Source: Flavobacteriales bacterium (GTDB lineage Bacteria > Bacteroidota > Bacteroidia > Flavobacteriales > UBA7312). Taken from it: a stretch of 64,000 nucleotides of DNA. How positions within the stretch are numbered: position 1 is the first letter of the stretch; the number at the start of each line of letters is the position of its first letter. A program made the position numbers and the translations under genes. The notes beneath the pieces are model-generated. The model saw nothing but the letters and a program-made list of their open reading frames with translations, did not search any database and was not told the DNA's origin. The DNA is taken from positions 448,074 through 512,073 of the forward strand of contig CBDIDR010000001.1 of the NCBI GenBank assembly GCA_965277895.1, given 5' to 3'. This document shows positions 19,795 to 28,838 of this stretch, one piece after another.

Positions 19795-20495
19795 TGAACG
19801 TATATTATATTACAGGAGCAAGCAGTGGAATAGGCGAGGCGATAGCAGAGCTTCTTTTAGAAGACAGTAATAATATGGTTGTTGGAATTGCCCGCTCAAG
19901 GACTATTCAACACGATAGGTATAAGCATCATTTCATTGACTTATCGACAAATTGGTTCGAAACAATTTTTAAGAAACCTACCTTTAAAGCTGAAAAAATT
20001 ATTTTAATCAATAATGCTGGATCAATAGGCCCCATTAAGCCCTTGCATGAGCATAGTGAAGATGAAATAAAAGACAACTACTTTTTAAATATTGTTGCTC
20101 CAACGATTTTATGCAAACAATTCATCACATCATTCTCAGATTCTAAATCAAAGTGTATTGTATTGAACATTAGTTCAGGTGCTGGCAAACATCCTATTCA
20201 TTCTTGGAGTACCTATTGTTCCTCAAAGTCTGCTTTAGATATGTTATCCCTGACGGCGGATCTAGAATCGCCAAATGTTAAATTCTATTCCATTGCTCCT
20301 GGAATTGTCGATACCCCTATGCAAGACGAGATTAGAAATGCCGACGAAAAGCATTTCCCTGAGCTCAATCGTTTTATTAGCTACAAAAACGATGGTGAGC
20401 TGAGTTCTCCTCTAGAAGTTGCCCAGAAATACGTCGATTTCTTAAACAATAGCACAAAATTCAAAGAAGTACTGTATTCGGTAAGAGACCTATAA
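19794..20495 (+). CDS. Short-chain dehydrogenase/reductase (SDR) family oxidoreductase
   Basis: 233 aa. TGASSGIG cofactor motif and a YxxxK catalytic pair (YCSSK). TAATG overlap with the previous stop. Confidence 0.75.
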   Translation: MNVYYITGASSGIGEAIAELLLEDSNNMVVGIARSRTIQHDRYKHHFIDLSTNWFETIFKKPTFKAEKIILINNAGSIGPIKPLHEHSEDEIKDNYFLNIVAPTILCKQFITSFSDSKSKCIVLNISSGAGKHPIHSWSTYCSSKSALDMLSLTADLESPNVKFYSIAPGIVDTPMQDEIRNADEKHFPELNRFISYKNDGELSSPLEVAQKYVDFLNNSTKFKEVLYSVRDL

Positions 20496-20766
20496 ACTGT
20501 TATTTCAACCCTTTTTTCAGTAATAAACCGCCTGATTTCATTGTAATCAGTTGTTATTCAGTGATTTATAAAGTGTGTTTATAATAAACAAGTCTATGTT
20601 GATAACGAAAACATCATGCTTTCATTAATTCGCATTAATTAAAATTTAAAACACTGATATTCAGGTGTTTAAATAAAAAAAGACCTTGAAAAAAGGTGTT
20701 TTTTTGATTGTAACACTCTTTGCTTTTGAATTGAAGAAAAAATTTGAATGTTGTAGACCAACCCCA

Positions 20767-20774
20767 TATGTTTG
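20767..20774 (+). promoter_or_regulatory. -7 promoter box (TAnnTTTG) with upstream TTG, for small membrane protein 1
   Basis: TATGTTTG, with 30 nt before ATG 20805. A TTG at 20744..20746 lies 20 bp upstream of the box, compatible with a -33 element. Confidence 0.4.
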
Positions 20775-20804
20775 TTTCATTATTAACCAATTTATTATTT
20801 AACA

Positions 20805-21029
20805 ATGGATAAAGTATTTAAATACTTCGGTGATTTTTTTACAGGTTTAACAGCTTTAGTTTTAACTCTTTTAGGATTAGGTGTTGCTGTTGAAATCCTA
20901 TTCGGTTCAGGAGCAATGTTTGGTGTTACTGTTATTGAGAATGTAACTAATGTACTTGGCTCTTTAGCTGGTTCTGGCTTTGCTGGATTTTTAGCGATTT
21001 TGATATTATTCTCTTTAATCAAGAAATAA
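20805..21029 (+). CDS. Small two-TM membrane protein, paralog 1
   Basis: 74 aa with two hydrophobic helices and a C-terminal KK. Clearly alignable with the 76-aa ORF at 21114..21344. It has its own promoter box and terminator. The overlapping minus ORF 20795..21034 is judged an antisense artefact. Confidence 0.5.
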   Translation: MDKVFKYFGDFFTGLTALVLTLLGLGVAVEILFGSGAMFGVTVIENVTNVLGSLAGSGFAGFLAILILFSLIKK

Positions 21030-21046
21030 TTCAACTTTAGATAGTT

Positions 21047-21078
21047 AAAAAAAGCTCGTCTAATGGCGGGCTTTTTTT
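21047..21078 (+). terminator. Rho-independent terminator (A-run / hairpin / T-run, potentially bidirectional)
   Basis: AAAAAAAGCTCGTC-TAAT-GGCGGGCTTTTTTT. The 8-bp stem (21053..21060 with 21065..21072, two G:U pairs) has a 4-nt loop and is followed by a T-run reaching 21078. Confidence 0.6.
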
Positions 21079-21113
21079 AAATTTAATATTATCTTGAATC
21101 AAAATTCGTAAAT

Positions 21114-21344
21114 ATGAAAGATTTACTAGAAAAAATACAGTCATTAGCTTCAGAACTCACATCCTTTGCTGTTGTTATTTTATGCTTAGGTATCACGGTT
21201 CAACTTATTGTTGGCGAGCCACTATTTGGGTGGAATGTTGTCGGTAATATTGCTAAAGCTATTGGTTCTATGGGTCAAAGTAGTTTCATCGGCGTAGCCG
21301 CTCTGCTCGTACTCTATTCTATCTACAAAAACAAGAAGTCTTAG
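21114..21344 (+). CDS. Small two-TM membrane protein, paralog 2
   Basis: 76 aa with the same architecture as 20805..21029. Shared positions include LT....L.LG..V......FG..V..N......GS.G.S.F.G. C-terminal KNKKS. Its stop overlaps the polA stop (TTAG). Confidence 0.5.
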   Translation: MKDLLEKIQSLASELTSFAVVILCLGITVQLIVGEPLFGWNVVGNIAKAIGSMGQSSFIGVAALLVLYSIYKNKKS

Positions 21345-24148
21345 TGAGCTTCTAACCAATTTTCTCCCATTCCTACTTCTACTTCTAATGGAACACTTAT
21401 GGATAGTGCAGTTTCCATTCTTTCTTTAATGAGAATCTTTAAGTTCTCTAGTTCAGATTTGTGAATATCAAACACCAGTTCATCGTGAACTTGCAATAGC
21501 ATTTTTGATTTGTAATTGCCTTCTTTTAGCATATCATTAACACGTATCATTGCTAGTTTGATAATATCTGCTGCTGAACCTTGAATAGGTGCATTAATGG
21601 CATTTCGTTCGGCATAGCCTCTGACCACTGCATTTCTTGAATTTATATCATTGAGTTTTCTTTTTCGCCCCATTATGGTTTCTACATAGCTGTTTTCTCG
21701 AGCTTTTTCTATACTCAAATCCATATATTCCTTTACTTTAGGGTACTGTGTAAAGTAGCTGTCTATAATATCCTTTGCCTCACCTCGCTTAATTCCTAGA
21801 CGTTGTGATAACCCAAAGGCTGATATACCATAAATGATACCGAAATTGACCATTTTGGCATGCGAACGCTGTTCTCTACTAACATCTTCCAAAGCGATTT
21901 GATATACTTTTGCGGCAGTGGCGGTATGAATGTCTTCTCCATTTTGAAAGGCTGACAACATCCCTTCATCTTGTGAAAGATGTGCCATCAATCGCAATTC
22001 TATCTGAGAATAATCGGCAGCGACCAAAATATAGTCGTCGTTTCTTGGCACAAATGTTTTTCTTACCTCTCTTCCTTTTTCGCTACGAATTGGAATATTT
22101 TGAAGGTTAGGGTTAACAGAACTTAATCGTCCAGTAGCAGCCACCGCTTGTTGGTAGGTAGTATGTATTCTGTGGGAGTCTTTATCGGCTAATTCGGGTA
22201 AGGCATCTACATAGGTAGATTTCAGTTTTTGCAATTGCCTAAACTCAAGTATTTCATCTATGATTTCGTGTTTACCTTTTAGCTTTAGTAAAGTGTCCTC
22301 AGAGGTTGAATATTGTCCTGTTTTAGTCTTTTTAGGTTTATCCACTAACTTCATGTGTTCAAATAAAATCTGACCCAATTGTTTGGGTGAAGCAAGATTG
22401 AATGGTGCCCCCGCTAGTTTTTGAACATTATCATTAAGTTCAACGAGTCTATCTTCTAATTCTTTAGAGAACTCAGCTAGGGCAATGGTGTCAATTTTAA
22501 TCCCTTCTAGTTCCATTTTGGAAAGAACAGGTATTAATGGATGTTCGATATCGTTTAAAATCTTTAGACTTTCACTGCCTTCAAGTTCTTTTTGGAAAAT
22601 ATTTTTGAGTTGAAAGGTAATATCAGCATCTTCACAAGCATAGGGGTATACTTTTTCTAGTGGTGCTTGACGCATACTTAATTGGTTCTTCCCTTTTTTA
22701 CCAATCAGCGTTTCTATGCTTATGGGAGAATAGTTCAAATAGTTTTGAGCCAATATGTCCATATTATGCCTTTGGTCAGGCTCTAAAAGGTAGTGGGCAA
22801 GCATGGTATCAAAATAAGGAAGGCTGAGGTGTATACCGTATTTTGCCATTACCTTATAATCATACTTTAAGTTTTGAGCTACTTTTTCTATTTCAGGATG
22901 CTCGAAAAAGGCTTTAAACTCTTGTGCAATTTCATTTTCCTTTCCTTCGGGAACATGGATATAATAGGCTTTATTCTTCTCAAAACAAAAGGATATGCCA
23001 ATCAGGTCGGCAGAGAGAGGGTTCAAGCCAGTAGTTTCTGTATCAAAGCAAACGGATTTTTGTTGCAACAACTGTTCTAATAATTGTTCTCTTTCTTCAA
23101 CAGAATTCACCAATATATAATCTGCTTTAATATCTTCAAGTGTCTGAAAAGAGGGTGTAGGAGGCGCATCATCAATTGCCATAGCGAACAAATCCATTTG
23201 AGCAGAAGGGGCTTTTTCCGATGTATTACTTGCAGACTCTTTGGGGGTTTCTTGACTCTCAGCGTCATCACTTTGTTTTAATAAACGCTTTGCTAAGTTT
23301 CTGAACTCTAACTCTTCAAATAATGCTTGTACTTTTTCGGCATCAAATTTTTTGACCTCGAGAGCTTTTTCATCGATATCTACAGGAGCGTCAAGTAAAA
23401 TAGTAGCAAGTTTTTTGGATAATATTCCTTGCTCTTTATTGGCTTGAATTTTTTCTCCTAATTTTCCTTTGACTTCGTGGGCATTGTCCAAAAGGGTTTC
23501 CATATTGCCATATTCGGCAAGTAACTTTTTAGCTGTTTTTTCCCCTACTCCAGGCAGTCCTGGTATATTATCAACGGCATCGCCCATCATTCCTAAAAAA
23601 TCAATGACCTGTGCGACTTCTTTAATTTCGAATTTATTAAGCACTTCTTGAACGCCCCAAGTTTCTGTTGGCTTCCATTTGTTGCCAGGTCTGTAGAGTA
23701 ATATATTTTCTGAAACCAGTTGAGCAAAATCTTTATCAGGCGTCATCATATAGGTTACAAACCCTTCTTTTTCAGCCTTTTTGGCGAGTGTGCCAATGAC
23801 ATCATCCGCCTCGTAACCATCGGCAAATAGTTTAGAAATATTAAAAGCATCTAACAGTTGGTCGATATAGGGTAGAGCTACAGAAATACCCTCTGGCATG
23901 GCTTCTCTATTGGCTTTGTATTCTGAATATTCAATATGTCTGACGGTTGCTTTAGGCGTATCAAAAACCACCGCAATGTGTGTCGGATTCTCTTTTTTCA
24001 ACACTTCTACCAAACTATTTACAAAGCCTAGAACGGCAGATGTTTCTACGCCTTTAGAATTTATTCGTGGGTTTTTGCTAAAGGCAAAATACGAACGGTA
24101 AATAAGTGCAAACGCATCTATTAAAAATAGCTTCTTAACTGGTTTCAT
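21341..24148 (-). CDS. polA: DNA polymerase I
   Basis: 935 aa. 5'-nuclease N-terminus (LIDAFALIYRSYFA), 3'-5' exonuclease block (FDTETTGL) and polymerase motifs (DYSQIELR, QVHDELVF). Confidence 0.95.
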   Translation of the reverse strand: MKPVKKLFLIDAFALIYRSYFAFSKNPRINSKGVETSAVLGFVNSLVEVLKKENPTHIAVVFDTPKATVRHIEYSEYKANREAMPEGISVALPYIDQLLDAFNISKLFADGYEADDVIGTLAKKAEKEGFVTYMMTPDKDFAQLVSENILLYRPGNKWKPTETWGVQEVLNKFEIKEVAQVIDFLGMMGDAVDNIPGLPGVGEKTAKKLLAEYGNMETLLDNAHEVKGKLGEKIQANKEQGILSKKLATILLDAPVDIDEKALEVKKFDAEKVQALFEELEFRNLAKRLLKQSDDAESQETPKESASNTSEKAPSAQMDLFAMAIDDAPPTPSFQTLEDIKADYILVNSVEEREQLLEQLLQQKSVCFDTETTGLNPLSADLIGISFCFEKNKAYYIHVPEGKENEIAQEFKAFFEHPEIEKVAQNLKYDYKVMAKYGIHLSLPYFDTMLAHYLLEPDQRHNMDILAQNYLNYSPISIETLIGKKGKNQLSMRQAPLEKVYPYACEDADITFQLKNIFQKELEGSESLKILNDIEHPLIPVLSKMELEGIKIDTIALAEFSKELEDRLVELNDNVQKLAGAPFNLASPKQLGQILFEHMKLVDKPKKTKTGQYSTSEDTLLKLKGKHEIIDEILEFRQLQKLKSTYVDALPELADKDSHRIHTTYQQAVAATGRLSSVNPNLQNIPIRSEKGREVRKTFVPRNDDYILVAADYSQIELRLMAHLSQDEGMLSAFQNGEDIHTATAAKVYQIALEDVSREQRSHAKMVNFGIIYGISAFGLSQRLGIKRGEAKDIIDSYFTQYPKVKEYMDLSIEKARENSYVETIMGRKRKLNDINSRNAVVRGYAERNAINAPIQGSAADIIKLAMIRVNDMLKEGNYKSKMLLQVHDELVFDIHKSELENLKILIKERMETALSISVPLEVEVGMGENWLEAH

Positions 24149-24186
24149 TGAAATATTCCTTTTTCTGCAAGATACAAGATTATGTG

Positions 24187-24194
24187 TATTTTTG
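24187..24194 (+). promoter_or_regulatory. -7 promoter box (TAnnTTTG) for the small lipoprotein gene
   Basis: TATTTTTG lies only 5 nt before ATG 24200, implying a leaderless or near-leaderless mRNA if used. Confidence 0.3.
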
Positions 24195-24199
24195 TAGAT

Positions 24200-24499
24200 A
24201 TGAAACGTCTAATCTTAGCAGTCTTTTTATCGTTTTATGTAATGGCCTGTGCGCAGGAACCTATGCTTTCTATGGAGGGGTGGTGGACTATGTCTGACGG
24301 TCAGCACTATTTTGAAGACAAAGAAATTATGCCTGTCAAATTTGTCGGCGAAGACCTTTGGGGTATGGAAGAGTACTACTCTGAGTTAGTGCCTGAAATG
24401 GGATTGCCAGTACAAAGCATTATTACCGCTCGGATGAATGGTGGCGTTCTAGAAATCTATACCCTCGAAATAGCTCCTGAGGGTTGTGAAGAATACTAG
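24200..24499 (+). CDS. Small acidic lipoprotein, function unknown
   Basis: Start moved to ATG 24200: MKRLILAVFLSFYVMA|C has a lipobox-like cleavage site. The mature part is rich in E/W/M. No family recognised. Confidence 0.5.
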   Translation: MKRLILAVFLSFYVMACAQEPMLSMEGWWTMSDGQHYFEDKEIMPVKFVGEDLWGMEEYYSELVPEMGLPVQSIITARMNGGVLEIYTLEIAPEGCEEY

Positions 24500-25236
24500 T
24501 GTTTTAAAGCTACTGGATTAATCTTAATCAGACCTACAAAATCCATTAATCTCATAATAGGATAGATGGGGTCAATCTCGTACCATTTTCTAGCAAAGTT
24601 TGCCATTCCACCTTCAGCGTGATGATTGTTGTGGTAGCCTTCGCCAAGCATAAAAATATCAAATGGCATAAGGTTTTTTGATGTATCATCTACCTCATAA
24701 TTAGTATAACCGAACTTATGAGCAAACCAGTTAACAATTGTTCCATGTATTGGCCCCATAACTATGTGCATAGGAATGAATAGGTACATCCACCAAGCGG
24801 TAGCAAAAGTATAGTAAAACCAAATGTAGAATAATGACCAAAGTATTTTTACTAATAGCGAACCTGCCATTTTATCAAACCATTTCCAGTCAGGTAAATT
24901 TTTAGTAATAGCCTCTTTAACCTTTATAGCCCCACTTTGAATGCCAGCGAATTTATGGTAAGTTTTCACCATAAGAGTTACAAAATTGGAGCAGAATAAT
25001 GGTGAGTGTGGATCCTCTTCTTTATCGGCATGTTCGTGGTGTAATCGATGTAAGATGCCATACACTTTAGGACTCATATACGAAGAGCCTTGTGCTACAA
25101 ATGAAAAGACAAAAAAGAACTTTTCTACCCAATTAGGCATGGTAAACATTTGGTGGGCTGAATATCTATGGTGAAAGAAGGATTGTGCAAATAACGATAA
25201 GTACCAATGTGCAACAATGAAGATAAAAATTTCCAT
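24496..25236 (-). CDS. Acyl-CoA (fatty acid) desaturase
   Basis: Three histidine boxes (HRYSAH, HRLHHEH, HNNHH) in a four-TM scaffold. ATG 25236 is preferred over the TTG at 25275 given by the track. Confidence 0.85.
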   Translation of the reverse strand: MEIFIFIVAHWYLSLFAQSFFHHRYSAHQMFTMPNWVEKFFFVFSFVAQGSSYMSPKVYGILHRLHHEHADKEEDPHSPLFCSNFVTLMVKTYHKFAGIQSGAIKVKEAITKNLPDWKWFDKMAGSLLVKILWSLFYIWFYYTFATAWWMYLFIPMHIVMGPIHGTIVNWFAHKFGYTNYEVDDTSKNLMPFDIFMLGEGYHNNHHAEGGMANFARKWYEIDPIYPIMRLMDFVGLIKINPVALKH

Positions 25237-25308
25237 TTCAGAAGAGTGTTTATTTAAAGGTACAAAGGTCGGCAATATTTACCAATCATTGAAGTTGACT
25301 ATAAATTT

Positions 25309-26286
25309 TTATTCATTATAAATAACGGAAGTAACCGTTTGACCGACAGCATTTAAGGTATTTTTATCGATATTATTCATGTCGTCGCCATGAGTGTGCC
25401 AATGCTTATTAAAGCCGCTTTTAGTATTCATATCGAATTCAATAATATCAATAGTGGGGATATTAGCAACTGTATTTAGATACAGATGGTCGTCAATAAT
25501 TTGTGGAGTCATTTGGTAAGCAAAGTACTCGCCATGTCCTAAATTGTGAGCTGTTTTCCAAACCTTTTTTAGTATGCGTTGAGCGTAATTTCTAGAAAGT
25601 CCTTCGTGAGTAAAGCGTGCATCTTTTGCACCAACCATATCCAATAATATGCCGTATTGGGCGTAATAATTAGGCACATGTGGGTTTTCACTCCAATACT
25701 TTGAGCCTATACACCAGCTTGTTGCGGAATTGGGTGAGCTGCTATTAGGGTCGCCATAATCTTCAGCATCAAACAAGATAATATCGATGCCCATTCGGCT
25801 CTCTTTTTGTGATAATAAACGAGCAATTTCAATAAGTACGCCTACGCCACTGCCACCATCATTTGCACCTAAAATAGGTTCGTTTTGGCGGGCATCATCA
25901 TGGTCGGCAACATGTCTGGTGTCCCAATGTGCACACAGTAAAATTCGATTATTTTTCTCAGGACTAAATGAGGCGATGACGTTTCTTAGTGTATGTGATT
26001 TACCATCATAGGTTGTAATTCTGCTATTTTGCTCTTGTACGTGTGGGGTGTAAGCAGATAGCTTTTGAACTAAATAATCGCCGCACTGCTCCCAGCCTTT
26101 GCTGCTCAAATAGCGTGGCCCAAAATCTACCTGTTCTTGTATGAAATGGTAGGCACTGTCTACATTAAAGACAGGCACTTCAACCAGTTTTTTAGTTTCT
26201 TTTTTAACAGATTGAGTTGATTTTTTTTCTTCCTGACAAGAAAACAAAACAGTTAAACATAAAGAAACAATAGCAAAATGACGCAT
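25309..26286 (-). CDS. M28-fold metallopeptidase-like lipoprotein, candidate glutaminyl-peptide cyclotransferase
   Basis: 325 aa. Lipoprotein signal ...LTVLFS|CQEE. M28 metal-ligand blocks (CAHWDTRHVADHD, GANDGGSGVG, ILFDAEDYG, HTHGD). Aminopeptidase versus glutaminyl cyclase cannot be decided by eye. Confidence 0.65.
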   Translation of the reverse strand: MRHFAIVSLCLTVLFSCQEEKKSTQSVKKETKKLVEVPVFNVDSAYHFIQEQVDFGPRYLSSKGWEQCGDYLVQKLSAYTPHVQEQNSRITTYDGKSHTLRNVIASFSPEKNNRILLCAHWDTRHVADHDDARQNEPILGANDGGSGVGVLIEIARLLSQKESRMGIDIILFDAEDYGDPNSSSPNSATSWCIGSKYWSENPHVPNYYAQYGILLDMVGAKDARFTHEGLSRNYAQRILKKVWKTAHNLGHGEYFAYQMTPQIIDDHLYLNTVANIPTIDIIEFDMNTKSGFNKHWHTHGDDMNNIDKNTLNAVGQTVTSVIYNE

Positions 26287-26299
26287 AATTTAGAATAGC

Positions 26300-27766
26300 T
26301 TACTCTTTGATTTCCCACGAGCTACCCTCGCTTCCATCTCGGACTTCAATGTTTAGTTTTTTAAGTTCATCTCGAATCAAATCAGCTGTTGTCCAGTCTT
26401 TATTTGATTTGGCAGAACTTCTTATTTGTAAGATGATATCCATAATGTCATTGCTCAAATCATTATTGGATTCTTCTTCCTCTTTCAAGGCTAAAATGGT
26501 AGTAACGAAAGTGTCAAAAATATCGCTTAATACTTTAATATCTTCCTTAGTTAGCTCTTCCGTTCCAGCTTTTGCACAGTTAATAATTCGTACTGCCTCG
26601 AAAAGATGTGCTATAAGAATAGGTGTATTGAAGTCATCATTCATTGCTTGGTAGCAATCCTTTTGTAATGAAAGAACATCTACAGTTGACTTCGAGCTCT
26701 CTTTGAGTTGAGTGATGGTTTTCTTAGCGTTTAGCAACTTCGCTAAGCCTTTTTCAGCGGCTTGTAAAGCGTCATTTGAAAAGTCTAGCGGACTTCTGTA
26801 ATGGGCTTGAAGTATGAAAAAACGCACTGTCATAGGTTTGTAAGCACGTTCCAATAAGTCGTGACTACCACTAAAAAATTCTTCTAGATTGATAAAGTTT
26901 CCTAGTGATTTACCCATCTTTTGCCCATTGATGGTAATCATGTTATTGTGCATCCAGAAGTTAGCAGGGTCGCATTTATTACAAGCATTAGATTGTGCTA
27001 TTTCAGCTTCGTGATGTGGGAAAACTAAATCCATCCCACCGCCATGAATATCAAAGGTGTCACCTAAGTATTTACTGCTCATCGCTGAACATTCTAGATG
27101 CCAACCAGGGAAACCATCTCCCCAAGGTGATGGCCAACGCATGATGTGTTCAGTAGCTGCCTTTTTCCAAATGGCAAAGTCAACCGAGCTTTTCTTTTCG
27201 TCCTGACCATCAAGAGCACGGGTGTTTTCTAAGGTATCTTCTAAGTTTCTGCCTGATAATTTACCGTAGGGGAAGTCTTCATTATATTTATTTACATCCA
27301 AATAAACCGAGCCATTAACTTCATAGGCATAGCCGTTTTTCAAAATCTGCTTAACCATTTCTATTTGCTCAATAATATGTCCAGTTGCTCTTGGCTCAAT
27401 GGATGGAGGTAAACAGTTCAGTGCATCTACAGCCTTATGGTATTTGATGGTGTAAAATTGCACCACTTCCATAGGCTCTAATTTTTCTAGACGTGCTTTT
27501 TTAGCAATTTTATCTTCGCCGTGGTCAGCATCATCTACAAGGTGACCAGCATCTGTAATGTTTCGTACATAACGAACCTTTAAGCCCTTATGTTGGAGGT
27601 ATCTAAAAACGATATCAAATGTAATGGAGGGTCTTGCATGTCCTAAGTGAGGCTCGCCATAAACGGTAGGGCCACACACATACATCCCAACATGAGTAGG
27701 GTGTATGGGTTTAAAAACTTCTTTTTTTCGACTGAGTGTATTGTAAATTATTAAATCAGAAGACAT
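26300..27766 (-). CDS. cysS: Cysteine--tRNA ligase
   Basis: 488 aa. Class I HIGH-type motif (PHLGHARP) and KMSKS variant (KMGKSLGN). Confidence 0.95.
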   Translation of the reverse strand: MSSDLIIYNTLSRKKEVFKPIHPTHVGMYVCGPTVYGEPHLGHARPSITFDIVFRYLQHKGLKVRYVRNITDAGHLVDDADHGEDKIAKKARLEKLEPMEVVQFYTIKYHKAVDALNCLPPSIEPRATGHIIEQIEMVKQILKNGYAYEVNGSVYLDVNKYNEDFPYGKLSGRNLEDTLENTRALDGQDEKKSSVDFAIWKKAATEHIMRWPSPWGDGFPGWHLECSAMSSKYLGDTFDIHGGGMDLVFPHHEAEIAQSNACNKCDPANFWMHNNMITINGQKMGKSLGNFINLEEFFSGSHDLLERAYKPMTVRFFILQAHYRSPLDFSNDALQAAEKGLAKLLNAKKTITQLKESSKSTVDVLSLQKDCYQAMNDDFNTPILIAHLFEAVRIINCAKAGTEELTKEDIKVLSDIFDTFVTTILALKEEEESNNDLSNDIMDIILQIRSSAKSNKDWTTADLIRDELKKLNIEVRDGSEGSSWEIKE

Positions 27767-27775
27767 TCTGTACTG

Positions 27776-28729
27776 TTATTGGTTCACAAGTGTTTTAATA
27801 TTCGTTAACATATCGGAAGTTAACTCTTGCAAATTAAAGGAACTTTTCCAATTCCAATCGGTTTTTGCTTCAGAATCATCAATACTTTTTGGCCAACTAT
27901 CCGCAATGGCTTGTCGGTAATCGCTTTCATAGCTCATTTTAAAGTCTGGAATATGATTTTGTATCTCGCTAGCTAGTTCTTTTGGACTGAAACTTAGTCC
28001 AGCAACATTATAAGATGAACGAATTTTCACCTTCTCTGCAGGAGCTTCCATAATTTCCATAGTAGCACGAATGGCATCGTTCATATGCATCATAGGTAAA
28101 GTAGTGTCTTCACTTAGGAAACTGGTATATTGTCCATTTTTTAGAGCTTCATGGAAAATATGAACAGCGTAGTCAGTAGTGCCGCCACCTGGAGCAGATT
28201 TCCAGCCGATTAATCCTGGATATCGAATACTTCGCACGTCCACGCCAAATTTTTCATGATAATATTCACACCAGCGTTCACCAGCTAATTTGCTAATACC
28301 ATAAACGGTATTCGGCTCCATAATGGTGCGTTGTGGAGTTAGGATGCTTGGCGTACTTGGTCCAAATACAGCAATGGAACTTGGCCAATACACTTTTTTG
28401 ATGTGTTTTTCTCGTGCTAAATCTAAGACATGTGACAGTGAACGCATATTTAAACTCCAGCCTAATTCAATGTTTTTCTCTGCAGTAGCTGATAATAAAG
28501 CCGCCAATAAATAGACTTGAGTAACCTTGTATTTCCTTACGATATCAAACAAGCTATTTTGATCCATAATGTCAAGTACTTCAAAAGGACCAGATGATAG
28601 CTCTTCATTTGCCATAGGGCGTATGTCTGTGGCAACAACATTGGCATCACCATAGATTTTTCGTAGAGTAATAACGAGTTCAGTGCCTATTTGACCGGAG
28701 GCTCCGATTATTAAAATAGTGTCTTTCAT
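27776..28729 (-). CDS. NAD-dependent epimerase/dehydratase-fold enzyme, probably SDR-type L-threonine 3-dehydrogenase
   Basis: 317 aa. ILIIGASGQIGTEL Rossmann motif and a YGISK catalytic pair. The overall pattern resembles the UDP-glucose-epimerase-like threonine dehydrogenases. Substrate assignment is inference. Confidence 0.65.
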   Translation of the reverse strand: MKDTILIIGASGQIGTELVITLRKIYGDANVVATDIRPMANEELSSGPFEVLDIMDQNSLFDIVRKYKVTQVYLLAALLSATAEKNIELGWSLNMRSLSHVLDLAREKHIKKVYWPSSIAVFGPSTPSILTPQRTIMEPNTVYGISKLAGERWCEYYHEKFGVDVRSIRYPGLIGWKSAPGGGTTDYAVHIFHEALKNGQYTSFLSEDTTLPMMHMNDAIRATMEIMEAPAEKVKIRSSYNVAGLSFSPKELASEIQNHIPDFKMSYESDYRQAIADSWPKSIDDSEAKTDWNWKSSFNLQELTSDMLTNIKTLVNQ

Positions 28730-28812
28730 GCTCTTTCATAATAGCTCACAAATATAACTATTTAATAATCCATCTATGACCTAAATCAGTGTTCATTTAG
28801 CATTTCTTTGTT

Positions 28813-28820
28813 TACCTTTG
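28813..28820 (+). promoter_or_regulatory. -7 promoter box (TAnnTTTG) for trhO
   Basis: TACCTTTG, with 18 nt before ATG 28839. Confidence 0.4.
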
Positions 28821-28838
28821 GCGAAAGAAATTTAAAAA

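Noticed and set aside
20649-20705. Two hairpins in the 310-bp gap after the SDR gene (AAACACTGA-TAT-TCAGGTGTTT and ACCTT-GAAAA-AAGGT followed by a T-run) as a terminator or small RNA
   Set aside because: The stems are short, AT-rich or bulged, and start about 150 nt after the stop codon. This is plausible but too weak to call without folding energies or transcript data, so it is not listed as a feature.
20795-21034. Listed minus-strand ORF (79 aa) overlapping the small membrane protein gene
   Set aside because: The + strand ORF has a paralog 85 bp downstream, an exact TAnnTTTG box and a terminator. The minus ORF has none of these and is P/K-rich low complexity.
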